DNA of 63,663 bases, the filler included. It is 13 parts of 13 records of this genome, joined end to end, with 100 filler letters (N's around TTAATTAATTAA, not from the genome) between each part and the next. Parts side by side here need not be neighbours in the genome. Positions count along the whole stretch, not along the records: positions 1 to 3,496 come from SRR15195285_3792; positions 3,597 to 6,969 come from SRR15195285_3798; positions 7,070 to 16,667 come from SRR15195285_3803; 10 more parts are not named here. One strand, 5' to 3'. The notes under the pieces were generated by a model that worked only from the letters and a program-made list of their open reading frames with translations, did no database searches and was not told where the DNA came from. Shown piece by piece: positions 1 through 12,043 of this stretch. Positions within the stretch are counted from its first letter, which is position 1; every line of letters starts with the position of its first letter. The position numbers and the translations under genes were made by a program.

Positions 1-260
1 GATTCTTGTGGAGTATATAGAACTCACTGATAAGTGCAGCACACTCCGCAGACCGCCCCAAGACACTGGTTTTCTTCACACACCAGTACTGATATTAGCG
101 TAGTTATGACCCAGCCTGTGAGTGACCCAGCAGTGTGCCACACACAGGGGCTGCTCATCGGAGAGTCGATATAGGGCAGGCTGAGGCTCCCTCCGGCTGT
201 CGGTGAACTGCTGGCGCTGCCCGAGCCCCCACCCGCCGGGGGTAAGACCGACAGCTTGGG

Positions 261-497
261 ATGAGCGAAGCAGCAGCAGCCAGCCAGCCCGAGCCTGCGT
301 CGCAGTCCCTGCACGAGGAGATCGTGGCGGTGCAGAAGGACCTGGGCGCGCAGGTGCACCAGGTGAAGAGCGAGGTTGGGCAGATGCGCGCGGAGATGCG
401 GCAGGAGATGGCTGAGCTGCGTAAGGAGATGCGGGAGGTGATGGCCTGCATAGGGCAGCTCATGGAGAAGGGATCGGTACGCCCACGGCGCCCGTAG
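261..497 (+). CDS. Short coiled-coil ORF, possibly a gene remnant or terminal exon
   Basis: Heptad-like MRAEMRQEMAELRKEMREVM with GC3-rich codons. No recognisable family. Confidence 0.3.
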   Translation: MSEAAAASQPEPASQSLHEEIVAVQKDLGAQVHQVKSEVGQMRAEMRQEMAELRKEMREVMACIGQLMEKGSVRPRRP

Positions 498-1005
498 TCC
501 TGGCCGCTGCCACCACGACAGCTCTTGCTGTTCGATGATTCCCCATGTGGTGCTTGACTGGCTATACACATCACATGCTGCCGATAGCAATCATCTAGTG
601 CCCCAGCAACTGCGGCGGCGCGGATACGCGTTTTGGATGTGCCATGCTGACAGCACTACGGCTCTAAAACTCACCTCACTGTGTCCGTATGGTGCGCGTG
701 GCTGTTGGTGGTCGTACGGTACTGTAGTAGGGCTAGCGAAGCACACCATCATTTGGTTGTCCGCGCTCCAGCGGTCGCGAAGTTGCGACATTCGTCTGGA
801 GAGGGTCTCGAGAGATCGTACGGGTCAGCTGGCACAGAGCTGGAGTGAATCGGAATGTACGTGTGAGCTTCAATCTCGAGACACCCGCCCTCGCACGCTC
901 CTGCGGCATTCTGCGACCAGCTGCTCTGCTCGCTTTTTGTGTGTCCCTGTGCTTGTGTGGGTTTCTGTGCGTCAAGGGCGCACAGTACAGACAAAGCAGT
1001 TGATT

Positions 1006-2903
1006 TTATCGTGTCATCTTGCATATTGCGCGAAACTCGTCGCTGAGGTCGACTGGGAGTCCCGTCTCGCTCTCGTCTATGATCTTGAGTCTGGATCCCT
1101 GTCTGCGCTCGTGACGAACCGCTGCTTCCGCTGAGGCCTCCATCTGCATCACTAGATTAACGAGCGCCTTCTTCCTTTCCTTGGCAAGCTGTGCCACTGC
1201 GTCGGCTACCTCCGCCAACTCACATCCTCTTAAGCCTGCGAATCGCTGGAACTCAACGGTCGAAGGCTTGCTCTCCCCTGGCGCAGTCCAGCTCAGGGTC
1301 ATCGACTTGTCGTCCGGAGCCACCTCGATTACCGGAGAGTCACTCAACCACCGCAAAGTGAGCAAATCCTCTCCATCGTTGGTACCTGCGTCCGTATTCC
1401 CCTGGTCCCTTACCGCGAGCAAAGCTCCACTGATGACAAGCTCCACTGTTTTCGATGACTTTTTCCACTTCTTCTGGCCGACTGTGAAAGCTCGTGCAGC
1501 GCATCCCAACCAAGCATCCATCGTTTGCTCGACAGTGTCAGCCGTACATCCGTGCTGCTTCTGCAGCTGCTGCGATAGAGTTGCCGTCGGCTTGAGAAGG
1601 AGGTTTCCCATGTCTGCCGTCGCTGCCTCCGTTTCCGAGTTCCATCCAAGCGCCTCCGCAAGAAGGGCGGCCACCTTTTCTTGATATGCCAGCCGTTGTG
1701 GGCCGGACATCCGTCGATCCCATAAATCACCAGCCGAGGGCAGCAAGCAGCCGAGGTGGTTTCCGCCGTCCAACAGTTCCAGGGGCTTGACGTTCGGGAA
1801 CCATGGACGCACCGCGGCCTCGACATACCAGGTCGGCACAAGCTTGTCGTTGCTTCCACACAGAAGAGTGCAAGGGACTGACGACAACACCCGCGGCTCA
1901 GTGCCCTCGCTGAGCCATGGGTGTGACGCCACAGGCGATATTAGAACCACACGCTGCAGTTTCCGCATCAACGCAGGCTTACTCTCCTGCAGAGACGCGA
2001 GCACCTTGTACAGCAGCCACGCACCGAGCGAGTGCGCAACCACAGTCACCTTCTTGAATTTGCGCACTTGCTTCGACACTGCCTCCGCCATAGCCTTCCC
2101 AAGCAAGCCGAGAGCGAGACTCTTCGGTTCACTGGCAATGTTCGGCCAGAACTCGTGGCACTCCAGCAGCAGCGCGGTCGAAGGCATCTTCGGCGGCGAC
2201 AGTGCCATCAGCTGCGATAGTAGCGGAGCGTACTGCATCGCCGGACGCTGGACGTCCCGGCCGACTAGACGACCATGAATCACTAGTATACAATCCTGAT
2301 TGTAAGTGACGGCCCGCTTCTTAGCTTCCAGCGCAACGCTGCGCAGCTTGCTTTTGTGCGGAGATCCTCCGCTCTCTGGCTCCGGGTGAGTCTGCGAAAA
2401 TCGGATGACGCGCACCTTGGGCGCTGTCTTCACGATCTGTCGCAGCAACAGCAGCACGCGCACACGCGAACCCATCGTCAGATGCTAGCGCTGCTGTCTA
2501 CCGTCTGACGTGCTGGAGTACTGCAACGACGAAAACGCACACTTGCCTGAGAGCGTCGCAACACGGAGGCTGACTCTGGACGCGGCACCGGCACTGGTGG
2601 CCGACGCCGGACCTTCGGTGGGGCAGTGATCCACTGCCGCGACCAGTCGATCGGCGTGCCGGGGCGTGAGTGCGTGCGGTGCTGCCGGATCCGCGTGTTC
2701 CCGGCATGGACCTGCAACGGCCTCGCTGCCGCCTGCGACGGCGCCACCAGCATGCTACTCGATGCAGACCGTCCGATCGCGCTCCCTGGCCGCTGCTTGC
2801 CCGAGCGCTGCGACCCGCTGGACTCAAACTGCACCGACTTGGACGTGCTCAGTCCCGGCTGTCGGGCACCCGGCGGCGCAGAGCTCGGCCGCCCGACCGC
2901 CAT
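1006..2903 (-). CDS. Alpha/beta-hydrolase-fold protein with disordered N-terminus and possible C-terminal PH-like region (at least 2 exons)
   Basis: Nucleophile elbow VVAHSLGA, Asp in GSNDKLVP, His in GGNHLG. Exon 1 from ATG 2903 splices in frame (GTGCGT donor at 2540, or GCAAGT donor at 2546) to acceptor AG at 2437. The 3' end is uncertain. Confidence 0.75.
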
Positions 2904-3113
2904 CCAGGGGGCCGTATAGTGTGTAATATACACGCGGCGGCAGCAGCAGACCGCCACCACTGCTCTCACGTCTCAGTGCGGCAGCAGCAAGAGAACGACG
3001 GACCACCTCTGTGCAGTAAAGGCCGAAGACCGTTGCCAACGCAGTCAGCATGTTAGTGGTCCTTCGATTGTCATGAAGAGTGTGGAATGCACTCCAAAAT
3101 CATATTGTAATGC

Positions 3114-3496
3114 GTGGATCGATCGCGCGACGATTTGCCATGCACACCGGATTTTTACTATAGAAGTTTTGACGCTAGGAAGGTGCAGCATATGTATCCT
3201 GCGACCGTTCTCCCCATGGCGAACGCTCGAGTGACCTTGACACACGGCGGTATCGCCTTGTTCGGCAATATTGTGACCATATTCGTCGAATACGGTATCG
3301 GTCTGCTGCATGATTTTGTAGGCTCGTGGTCGCCTTCCTCCGGATCCGGACCGCGGAAGTACAGCGCCGACATCGACGAGCTGCTGTGGCTAGCGGAGGA
3401 ACACCCTGAAAGCCTCGTGCCCAAGGACAAAGTTGTGACACTGATGGGCCGGTTGGCGAGCGCCGCAGGACCAATCCCCACCATCTGGCGGTACTT
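3114..3496 (+). mobile_element. Degenerate reverse-transcriptase fragment, DIRS/Ngaro-like; truncated by contig end
   Basis: VLPMA resembles LPMG, IFVEYGIG is a decayed YxDD-like motif, and KVVTLMGRLASAAGPIP resembles the DIRS RT thumb (LxSLxGxLxxAxxxxP). Motif spacing is compressed. Confidence 0.35.
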
Positions 3497-3596
3497 NNNN
3501 NNNNNNNNNNNNNNNNNNNNNNNNNNNNNNNNNNNNNNNNTTAATTAATTAANNNNNNNNNNNNNNNNNNNNNNNNNNNNNNNNNNNNNNNNNNNN
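3497..3596. other. Artificial contig-joining spacer (N44-TTAATTAATTAA-N44); same spacer at 6970-7069, 16668-16767, 20150-20249, 23361-23460, 31632-31731, 36083-36182, 39415-39514, 43904-44003, 50160-50259, 56228-56327, 60399-60498
   Basis: Twelve identical 100-nt blocks with stop codons in all six frames. ORFs are cut at them, so adjacency across spacers has no biological meaning. Confidence 0.99.
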
Positions 3597-3746
3597 CGTC
3601 CTCCTCCTTGTCGCCGCAGTGTCCTGCCATCTCCCGTCCAGCACGCGATCCGCGCCCTGCCTGGCTCTGCAGTGCAGCACCGCTAGCAGCGCGCGCCTTA
3701 ACCAAGCTGACACCGCTGCGATCGCGGTGTCTACCTGCAATCTCAG

Positions 3747-5841
3747 TATGATGCAAGCGCTGGGGCTGTACAACACCCAAAAGTCGTTAGACATGATTTG
3801 TAAGTATGTTCTGAAAGACGACGACATGACTGCGAAGATCGACTGGGCTTCGTTCCTTACCGGGATGGAGCAGGTGATAAAGGATCATTTTGACCCAACG
3901 AATCTTGACGTCCATCTGCCAGATGTGCCCGTAAAGAAGCTGCAGGAGGAGCAAATGAAGGTGGGCTTCGGTGGGACATCGTGGCGCCCTGCGGCGAACG
4001 CAAGTTGGATCCTGACCAACTGCGGGGTGCGTCTCTTGTCAATCACCCACCTCTGCCGTTGAGCATGCTGGCGCTTGCCATCGCTGGTCACCAGTTGCGT
4101 TCGCTGCGTGCGCTTCGCCGCCGCCCATCCGCGGCAGCGGCTCCCGTCCCCAGTTGCCGGACAGCTGCTGCTGCGCGTGGGTGTGACTCCACCACTCATC
4201 CGTTCTACGGTTGCCTGTGACTGTACGTCTACCGCAGGTCATTGCGGTTAGCGGGCTTACTATGTCCGGAATCATCTACTTTCGGTTCATGCTTGTGCCG
4301 ATGACGATGGCGTACTTCCTGACGTTCGTGTTAGGACCCATGATAGACTTCCTTTCGCAGCGACCGTTAGTGTGTTTCGGGCGTGTTTACTGCAAGATCA
4401 AGAAGCTTCCGAAGGACGAGGCCCTCGCGGAGTGGCGGAAGGAGCACCCAACGCGACCCTTGCCTGAACCCAGCGATGTCGAGTATCCGTACGACGGCTC
4501 TGTAGGGCGCATGTGCCATTCCTTGCCCCCATCAAAGGTTCAGGGGCCTGTTCAAGAGCTGGTAGCCGTCGGCCAGATGCCGTTCCCGCTAGCTCTAACG
4601 GTGATGTTCAGCATCGTGTGCGGGGTTCTCTACGTGGTCTTTGCGTTCGTCCAGCGTGACTTGAATCTGGTGCTGTCCGACCCTATCTTTGTCGCGAGCC
4701 TCAAAGATATTTTGAATGGGTTGCTGCGGTACCTTCAAAATGACATCGGCGTGATTCTCGACGTGAATACCGAGGAGCTTCTCCCGCCCCCGTGCTATCC
4801 CACCGATCCAGATTGGGTGGAAGCCTACCCAAATCACTTGGACTGTGAGCGGATGTCCAACATCTCGGCCGTCCGCTTCGAGGGCACCACCGACGAATTC
4901 CTTGTGTTCCTTGCACCGTATATCGCGCTGGGACAAGACTGGGTCCTCACCATCATGCTTTGTCTCTACTTGCTGGCCGCTCGCTCTGGTCGCACGGAAT
5001 ACGACCACCACCGCGCCAAGCACGCTGTTGGCGAGCTTACGATCGTGGAGAAGATCGAAGTGATGAACAAAAACTACGTGCTGCTCAAGTCAAAGCTGTC
5101 TGCGCTGACCGGGGGATTGGTTGGCTTGATCCTGGGACTTTTGGCGGTCAAGCTCTGGTTCATCTGGGCCTTGCTGACCTTCATGCTTAACTTTATCCCG
5201 AATGTGGGCTCGATGATAGCGATGCTGCTGCCCATTCCAATCATCATTGTCGACGATGAGTTGAGCATCACGACGAAGTTGCTTGCATTCGCCTTGCCGG
5301 CATTCGTACAACTTTACGTCGGAAACGTACTAGAGCCGATGGTGTTCGGCAAATCGCTGAATCTAACAGCTCTCTCGGTGCTGGTCGCGCTCGTGCTTTG
5401 GTCTTCTATTTGGGGTGCGCCAGTCTTCGTTTGGATGCTGCTGCCCATCGCATTGCGTCACGACACCCCCGCACCCACGCGTGTCTCGAATGCTGCCTCT
5501 GGCCCATCGTTGCCTTGTATGATCTCGTCTCGGTACTGGCTTTCACAGGAATGCCTGGTGCCATCTTGTCGGTTCCACTGCTCGGAGTGATGAAGATTTT
5601 GCTGGATGCTGCGGACTTCCCGCTCGCCAAGATGCTGCTCGTCGCAATCCGTGAAGATAGCGACATCAATGAGCACGCCCAGATGGCCGACATGGTGAAG
5701 CAGCTGCCTTCCTACCAGATGGAAAACACGTACTCGATGGAAAGTGCAAAAGACGACAGTCAGGACAATATGGATAACCCGCTTCGGAACGCGGCTCCGG
5801 CGACTTTCGATGTCGACAGTGGCTCCGTCTCCGATACGTAG
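3747..5841 (+). CDS. AI-2E (PerM/TqsA) family transporter with N-terminal calmodulin-like EF-hand segment; 5'-partial
   Basis: AI-2E motifs LTFMLNFIPNVGS, QLYVGNVLEPMVFGKSLNL and W-G-MPGAILSVPL after splicing. Introns 4027-4237 and 5415-5548. Confidence 0.85.
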
Positions 5842-6941
5842 GTTGCAGACGAGTCCTACTAGTTGTGGTTGGATTGAACATTTCGGTGTTGGTGTCGCCA
5901 CGTTTGGGCCGGCGTTTGAGTTCGCCCGCCATCCTACGAGCGAGCGCGCGTGCAAAGCACACAACAATCATATTCGAATAGCTTGCAGTCGCAGGGCCTA
6001 TGCAACGCAAAGTTTCTCTACTCTATTGAGCGTGCGCTAAAAGCATGCACGCACCAATATCGATCCAATCAAGGGCTGGAGGCTCGTGGCCACCACCCAC
6101 CATCACTGGTCAGATAGAATCGCTAGACAAAGTCGCGACTCTGGTGCGATGCGTGACACCGGTTCACAAGGGCCGTTATGCCTAGTGTCAGCGTACCACG
6201 TAGCAGCAGCAGCAGCAGCAGCCAGGGAGGGAGGGAGAGAAAGAGAGAGGGAGATCTCTTGACTGTAGCAGAGCCGTGCTCCATCACTTCAAGAATCTTG
6301 CGAGCTTTCTCTCTCTCCCTGTCTCTTCAATTTCTTCACAATTGTGTCTCAGTGTTCGGCCAGGCAACAGCGGCGCAGCTGCTAGTAGCGCGATGATCGG
6401 GGACGCGTATGACGGTGACAGCGAGTGCTGCGAAGGAACCCGTGCGACACGGTTTAAAAGGACATTGCCTGGGTGGCCCAGAGTGGCACGGCCTAGTACC
6501 CAGGATGGATAGCCGATATGTTATAGGCGACATTCGGCAGCTCCAAACGCTGTCGATATTAGAACAAGCATTCATTTCGACTACTACTCGTTCGGGCAAC
6601 CAGTATTGTGAAGGAAGCCGTGCGTGTACCAAAACGAGTGCAAGAACAGCGGCATCCATGGACCAAGCACCACTGCGCACAGTACGATCTTCGTGGATGC
6701 GACAACCACGCAGATCCCCGCACGGTTGCCAACTTGCTCCAGTAGGTTCCTGCTGGTCGTGCCGAGCTCACAGCAATTGCTCCATCGAAACTGCAGATGG
6801 CGTCGATAGAAACTAACGGCGTGGACCGCGGCGGAGCCAGGGCGGGCTGAGTGCTCCGCCCGAAAGAATCTCGAAGCTGTGAGCTTGTACACCACGTCAT
6901 CGACCTCCAGCAGTACCTGCTCCGGGAAATGGTAGTGTAAA

Positions 6942-6969
6942 CGAGAGAGAGAGAGAGAGAGAGAGAGAG
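6942..6969. repeat. (GA)n microsatellite at contig end; (AGC)n at about 6202-6221
   Basis: Read directly from the sequence. Confidence 0.9.
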
Positions 6970-7248
6970 NNNNNNNNNNNNNNNNNNNNNNNNNNNNNNN
7001 NNNNNNNNNNNNNTTAATTAATTAANNNNNNNNNNNNNNNNNNNNNNNNNNNNNNNNNNNNNNNNNNNNCATCCCTGCATCTCAAGCAAATGTACGGTAG
7101 ACCTTAGAATCAAGACTTCCCGTGTTCTCGAGTTCAAGTTGCTGTCGTGCTCTGCGGCCTGATTGCTTTTGCTACTCTGATGCTCACTCGATTCGCGCGC
7201 TCCTCGACGAGTCGTGAGCAGGCTGGCACGGCGCGGTGCTTAGGTGCT

Positions 7249-7755
7249 ATGTCCTACCGATTGCCGGGCCACGACGCACAGTTTGGCAACTGGTGTCCCC
7301 CAGAGCCCCGCGCTAGTGAGCAGGCGGACACTGAAGGCAGTGCGAACAGCGCCAGGCAAGATGAGGTCGACGAGCACACCGAACAGGCTGGGAAGCGCCG
7401 CGCCGACCAGGGCGATGATATGGAACAGCGAAAGAGGCGTAGGAAGGACAAAAAAGTTAAGAAGAAGCACAAGAAGAAGCACAAGAAGAAGCATAAGAAG
7501 AAGCACAAAAAGCACAGTAGCTCGTCCTCAGACAGCGACTCGGACGACAGCGAAGGCGGAGGTGGCGCGTCGACAGCGCACAGCTCGCTCATGCCGGATG
7601 ATTGGTTCGCCGCGAGGCTCGCAAAGGGGTACGCAAAAGCAGAGCGTGCAGCGGAGCGCAAGAAGAAAGCGAAAGCCGCGGCTATGCGGCAAGGGCAGGA
7701 TATCAGCGCCCTCCGGGCCGAGTGGAGTGGAGCCGATGTCAAACCGCCTGAGTAA
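7249..7755 (+). CDS. Small Lys/His/Ser-rich low-complexity protein, probably nuclear
   Basis: ATG at 7249. KKKH repeats followed by SSSSSDSDSDDSE. Confidence 0.6.
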   Translation: MSYRLPGHDAQFGNWCPPEPRASEQADTEGSANSARQDEVDEHTEQAGKRRADQGDDMEQRKRRRKDKKVKKKHKKKHKKKHKKKHKKHSSSSSDSDSDDSEGGGGASTAHSSLMPDDWFAARLAKGYAKAERAAERKKKAKAAAMRQGQDISALRAEWSGADVKPPE

Positions 7756-8016
7756 GCACCGTGTTCAGAACATCAGCTTGCTCTTCATTGGTTCTTTCTG
7801 CAAGCACCATACGGATTGGCAGTCCCGCTTGACCCTCATTTCTAACCACACTTGCACAATTTTTGCGCCGTGCCGTGTCAGGAACATGTGCAGATCGGGA
7901 TTGGAAGGGTGACAGATCGTTCCGCTCCGGAAGCGCTTGGATGCATAAAATTAACATAATCATTACAGAGATTTAACAACCCAATAACTCGTCCGATCGG
8001 TGCCACCCGCATCTTG

Positions 8017-11000
8017 TCAGTGTGACAGCTGCCGAGTGTCATAGATGGAGCTGCCGAACGAGGCTGTGTTGATCCGCTGGCGTCGTGACCGTGCGTTTGC
8101 TGTTTTGCGTGTGCATAGCAGCGTCAACCACAGGATTGCTAGCGCCACTAGGACCACGCACCCGCCCCAGAACATCTCATTCGAGACGGAGCACGTGGTT
8201 CCTGTGCACGCCACATGCGGGCCTGTATTAGACGCCCCGTGGTGGCCAGCCGGTCTAGGCCGCGGCGGCATTGGCCGTGGTGGAGGTGGTGCCGGATTCG
8301 CCTTGCACCAAGGATCCTGCCGATTATGGCGTGTGCACCAGTCCTGTGCCTGGTTGCGGATTGTGGCGATATTTCCTCCACAGTCCTGCACAGCATTCGC
8401 AGCCGACGAGGTCAGTACGGGTCAAAGGAGCGACCCCTTCAGTTCACGACTGATGTGTGTGTGAAAACAGCAGAGCGTCACGGTTGCACAGGGCTGGACG
8501 TTGCCAGTGGATTAGGAGGCAACTGGCATACTTACGACATACAGCCCTTGAAGCCTTGTATCGTTGAGCAAATGCAAGGGGCACACTTCTTCGGCCTCCT
8601 GGACTGCTTCCTGACACAATGATCCCCCGAAGTGCCGCAGACCGCTGCTGTACGAGCAGATGGTTGGGTATCCATCCGACGCACAATCGACTCCCGCGCA
8701 GCACGCATCACGCACTGACCCGATGACGCTGTCACAACTCGTGGCCGCTTCTCGGCACAGCACCAGGTTCTTGGCCGCAAGACTAAGGAAAGATGCAAAT
8801 TCGATTTCCGTGTTACACGCACGACAGTCTGAGGCAAAATCACGGAACCGCTGCTCGCATTCATCTGAGGCACAGGTGTCTTGGTTCCAAACTGGCACAG
8901 GTGTCTTGGTACTGCCCGAGTGGTGTGGTGCGTTCTGGTCGAAACATTTCCGCAGATCGACCCATCTTTGATCAGTCCCATTCGCAAGGTTTTCCATTGA
9001 GCAAGTAGGATTGCAGCGGGTGTCTGCAGACAGGAGCGAGTAGTCGCAGTTGGTCGGGCCCATAATCTGTAGCGCTAGAACCGCCCGCGCATTGAAACCA
9101 CGGATCATGGTGTATTTCGAGTAGTATTCCACGATCGCTTCGTATGTGTCATTCGCACATGTGCGCAGCATGTGTGTTATGCTATCTTGGCAGACTTCGG
9201 TGCAAATGTTTTGGCCAGACTGTCGCCAACAGTCTCCCTGCGCCGTGGAGTCGAAGGCTTGTCCGTACGCCCTGAAGCACATCTGACTAGTCTGATCTAC
9301 GTATGTCGGAAATGCACCGCGGGGGCAAGATGTCGTGCCCCGTGAGGCTGCCGTCATATGTGAAAGCTCTTCCAATGCCGCACTCAACATCGCGTCTGGC
9401 TGCCCTATCAGGAGTGAGCTCGGATCCGTGTCAAACTTGATATCGGGAGTGACACCGTGGCCTGAATACGTTGCACCACCAGATGTTGGCATGAACGCAG
9501 CTGTTGCCGCTAATCGCACCCTGATCTTCGAGTTTGGCAGCGTGTACTCCTCAGATGAGCTGAAAGGCTGTCCGGTGGTGATGTTGAACATACCGGTAGT
9601 AGTCACACCACCGCCACTCGTCTGACCCATCAACTTGATGTTAGGCACGATGGCTGCCAGTGCTTTGAACGCAGCCAGCAGTATTTCTACAGCTCCTTGT
9701 GAATCCTCGTCTTGCAGCACAATGACAGGGTTGGCGTAGTGGTACCAATCGTGAACGTTTACCTGGGCCGCCTCTGTTTGCACGAAGTCCACAGATGGTA
9801 TAGGCATATATTCCAACTCGTCGAACTGGTCCCTTAGAGCTCGGCTCACGTCCTCACTGTCAGGGCCTGTCGGAGTGAATGAATCGTTGAACCGCCTGAT
9901 CGCAGCGGCAGTGTCAGATCCAGGCGTTCCACGGACTTCTGCAGATAGCGTTTCTAGGTAACCACTGGCGCCCCACTGAGGAGGCAGGTCGCGCGACTTG
10001 AGAGCTGCGGAAGCACTACCAATGAGCGGGCAGTTCCTTCGATCCACGTTTGACATGAAATAAGGAATCAATGCCTGCACGATCTTCCTACTCCCGTCTC
10101 CGAAACTGCCACGAACATCTATCACCAGACCATCCGTTGCGAAAACGCCAGGCGGGCTCCATGTCTCATCTGCATGCATTGCTTGCAGCACCGCGCGTAA
10201 TCCCAGAGACTCCGACGGATTTGCCAACACCAGGTCTGTCTCAGGCACGTCTTGCACGGTTGGGATCCGAAGATAGCCCACATTCGTCCCCGGCAAGATC
10301 TGCGCCCCGATTGTACTGTTTCCGAGAACGCCATCGCTCCGAGGCATCTCTTTGCGTGGCCACGCGTCCAGTCCATCGCCGTAACTCGGGCGCGCCGGAA
10401 CTCCCGGCATGACTACCGGCTCTGGTGCAGCCACGCCGTGCAGGGTCGCCAGCTCCAACGAAACTTTGTTTGCATCCACAACGTGCAGAGGAGCGCTCTG
10501 CAGCTCTCGCAACTGGCGCAGGCGCCACACGTCGTTGAGGAGGCGCACGGCGCGACGGCGCTGCCCCACGAGAGCTTCCGCAGCGCCTACCCACACGGCT
10601 ATCGCTACGCCGTCGATTTTCTGCAGCACTGGGTGGTCAGCATCGATCCACCCAGTCCTATCGGGACGCAAGGCAACGAATACGCCAGGAGATGTTTCAT
10701 ACACGAGGAACGGTGCGAACAGTGGCTCATGACCCAGTCCGGACACGTTGGCTGCAGCCCAATGTGTATGGTAGTAGCACCCGTGCGACTGGACCGGGGT
10801 CAGGTGAGGTTGCTGAGTTGCCAGTGCCGGCGTGATCTCGACCACAAACGAATGCGTACACAAGCCCGGTTGTTCGGATGTGTAAGAGATCGTCAAGCCG
10901 GCGTCTGTCTTGGTGCTTGACATGGCACCCCCAGCGTGCCCACCACTTGCAGATGAGACCACGACTTTGCAGTCCTTCGGTGCATTGTTTGACCCCCATC

Positions 11001-11499
11001 TTGGGGAAATATCCCACTGCACGACTGTCGCATGGGGAGGCAAGGTCCACCCGCAGCTTGACGGGATTGCCGAAAGTGGGACCTCGCCGCAGATGGCGAA
11101 GGCGTACTCGTAAAGCCTCCCGCCGCTACTTCCGCGCGCCGTGTGAACCTGACCCTTCAGCGCCGCCAACGAGACTCCGGAGCAGGTGCACGCATCGAGG
11201 TTGCACGCCTCTTCCGGCAGAGACACCCGGGCGTCGGCGTCCTTGAAATTAGCCTGGATGCGCCAGATGGTCTCGTGCAGCTCGTCCAGATCTACATTTT
11301 CCGGCAAGCCAGCGACCGCCTCGTCCACGAGCGCGCTGACGTCGACCGACTGATCCAATGCCCCCCACGCATATTCGTGCTTGAGCAGATCGCCGTACCT
11401 GCGAAGATCGTCTGCAGCCTGCCCCCGCGGCATGGCCATCCCGAGGCACGCCGTCCCGCCCAGCAGGCACAGCAAGACCATCTGCGAGCCGTGGCCCAT
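8017..11499 (-). CDS. Type I membrane protein: signal peptide, S41 peptidase-like domain with MRH-like insert, Cys-rich ectodomain, Pro-rich linker, TM helix
   Basis: VGYLRI, GLVIDVRG, LMGQTSGGG and GHGVTPDI are S41/IRBP-type motifs. Intron 8535-8386 joins GLYV to DCGGN. TM segment FWGGCVVLVALAILWLTLLC. Confidence 0.75.
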
Positions 11500-12043
11500 C
11501 CTCGACCAGCGTCGTTGTACTACTAGTAGCTGGTGTGTACACTTGACACTCTCGACTCTGAGTATATATACTCACACGTCACAGGGCCAGAACCACTCTA
11601 ATATCGGTACTGAGATGCGAAAAAAAACAGTGTCTCGGCGCGGTCTGCGGAGTCTGCTGCATTTACCAGTGAGTTCGCTATTTCCTCTACAGCTATACAA
11701 GACTCCTACCCAGCCGGGTGATCCGTTTGCATCGTTCCAATTTCCACCACCGCTCCTCGACGGACATCTCGGGATTTCGACGTGCTACATTTCAAACTAT
11801 CCCGGCGCTTGTTTTGTTGGTCAGAATTCGATCGGACTCCAGAAATCTGGGCACTCCAGTCACCAGTGAGCAGTGTCCATCGCCAGTCTGTCCAGAATCT
11901 GAACCCCCGGTCGGGAGCACGCGCTCAGCACGGACGGAGCAGCCGCACGGCGCGCGCGCTGGCCGATGCGCGCTGGGCAGCACGCGAGCGCCGGCACCGG
12001 AGCGGGCGATAGAGAGGGCAGGGCGGGGCAGAGCGCTCTCGCC

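Noticed and set aside
2437-2546. Non-canonical GC-AG intron, or an introner family
   Set aside because: An in-frame canonical GTGCGT donor lies 6 nt away, and I saw no sequence similarity among introns in the window.
6336-6940. Overlapping short ORFs after the AI-2E gene
   Set aside because: No coherent frame or motif. Possibly decayed coding DNA but not assignable.
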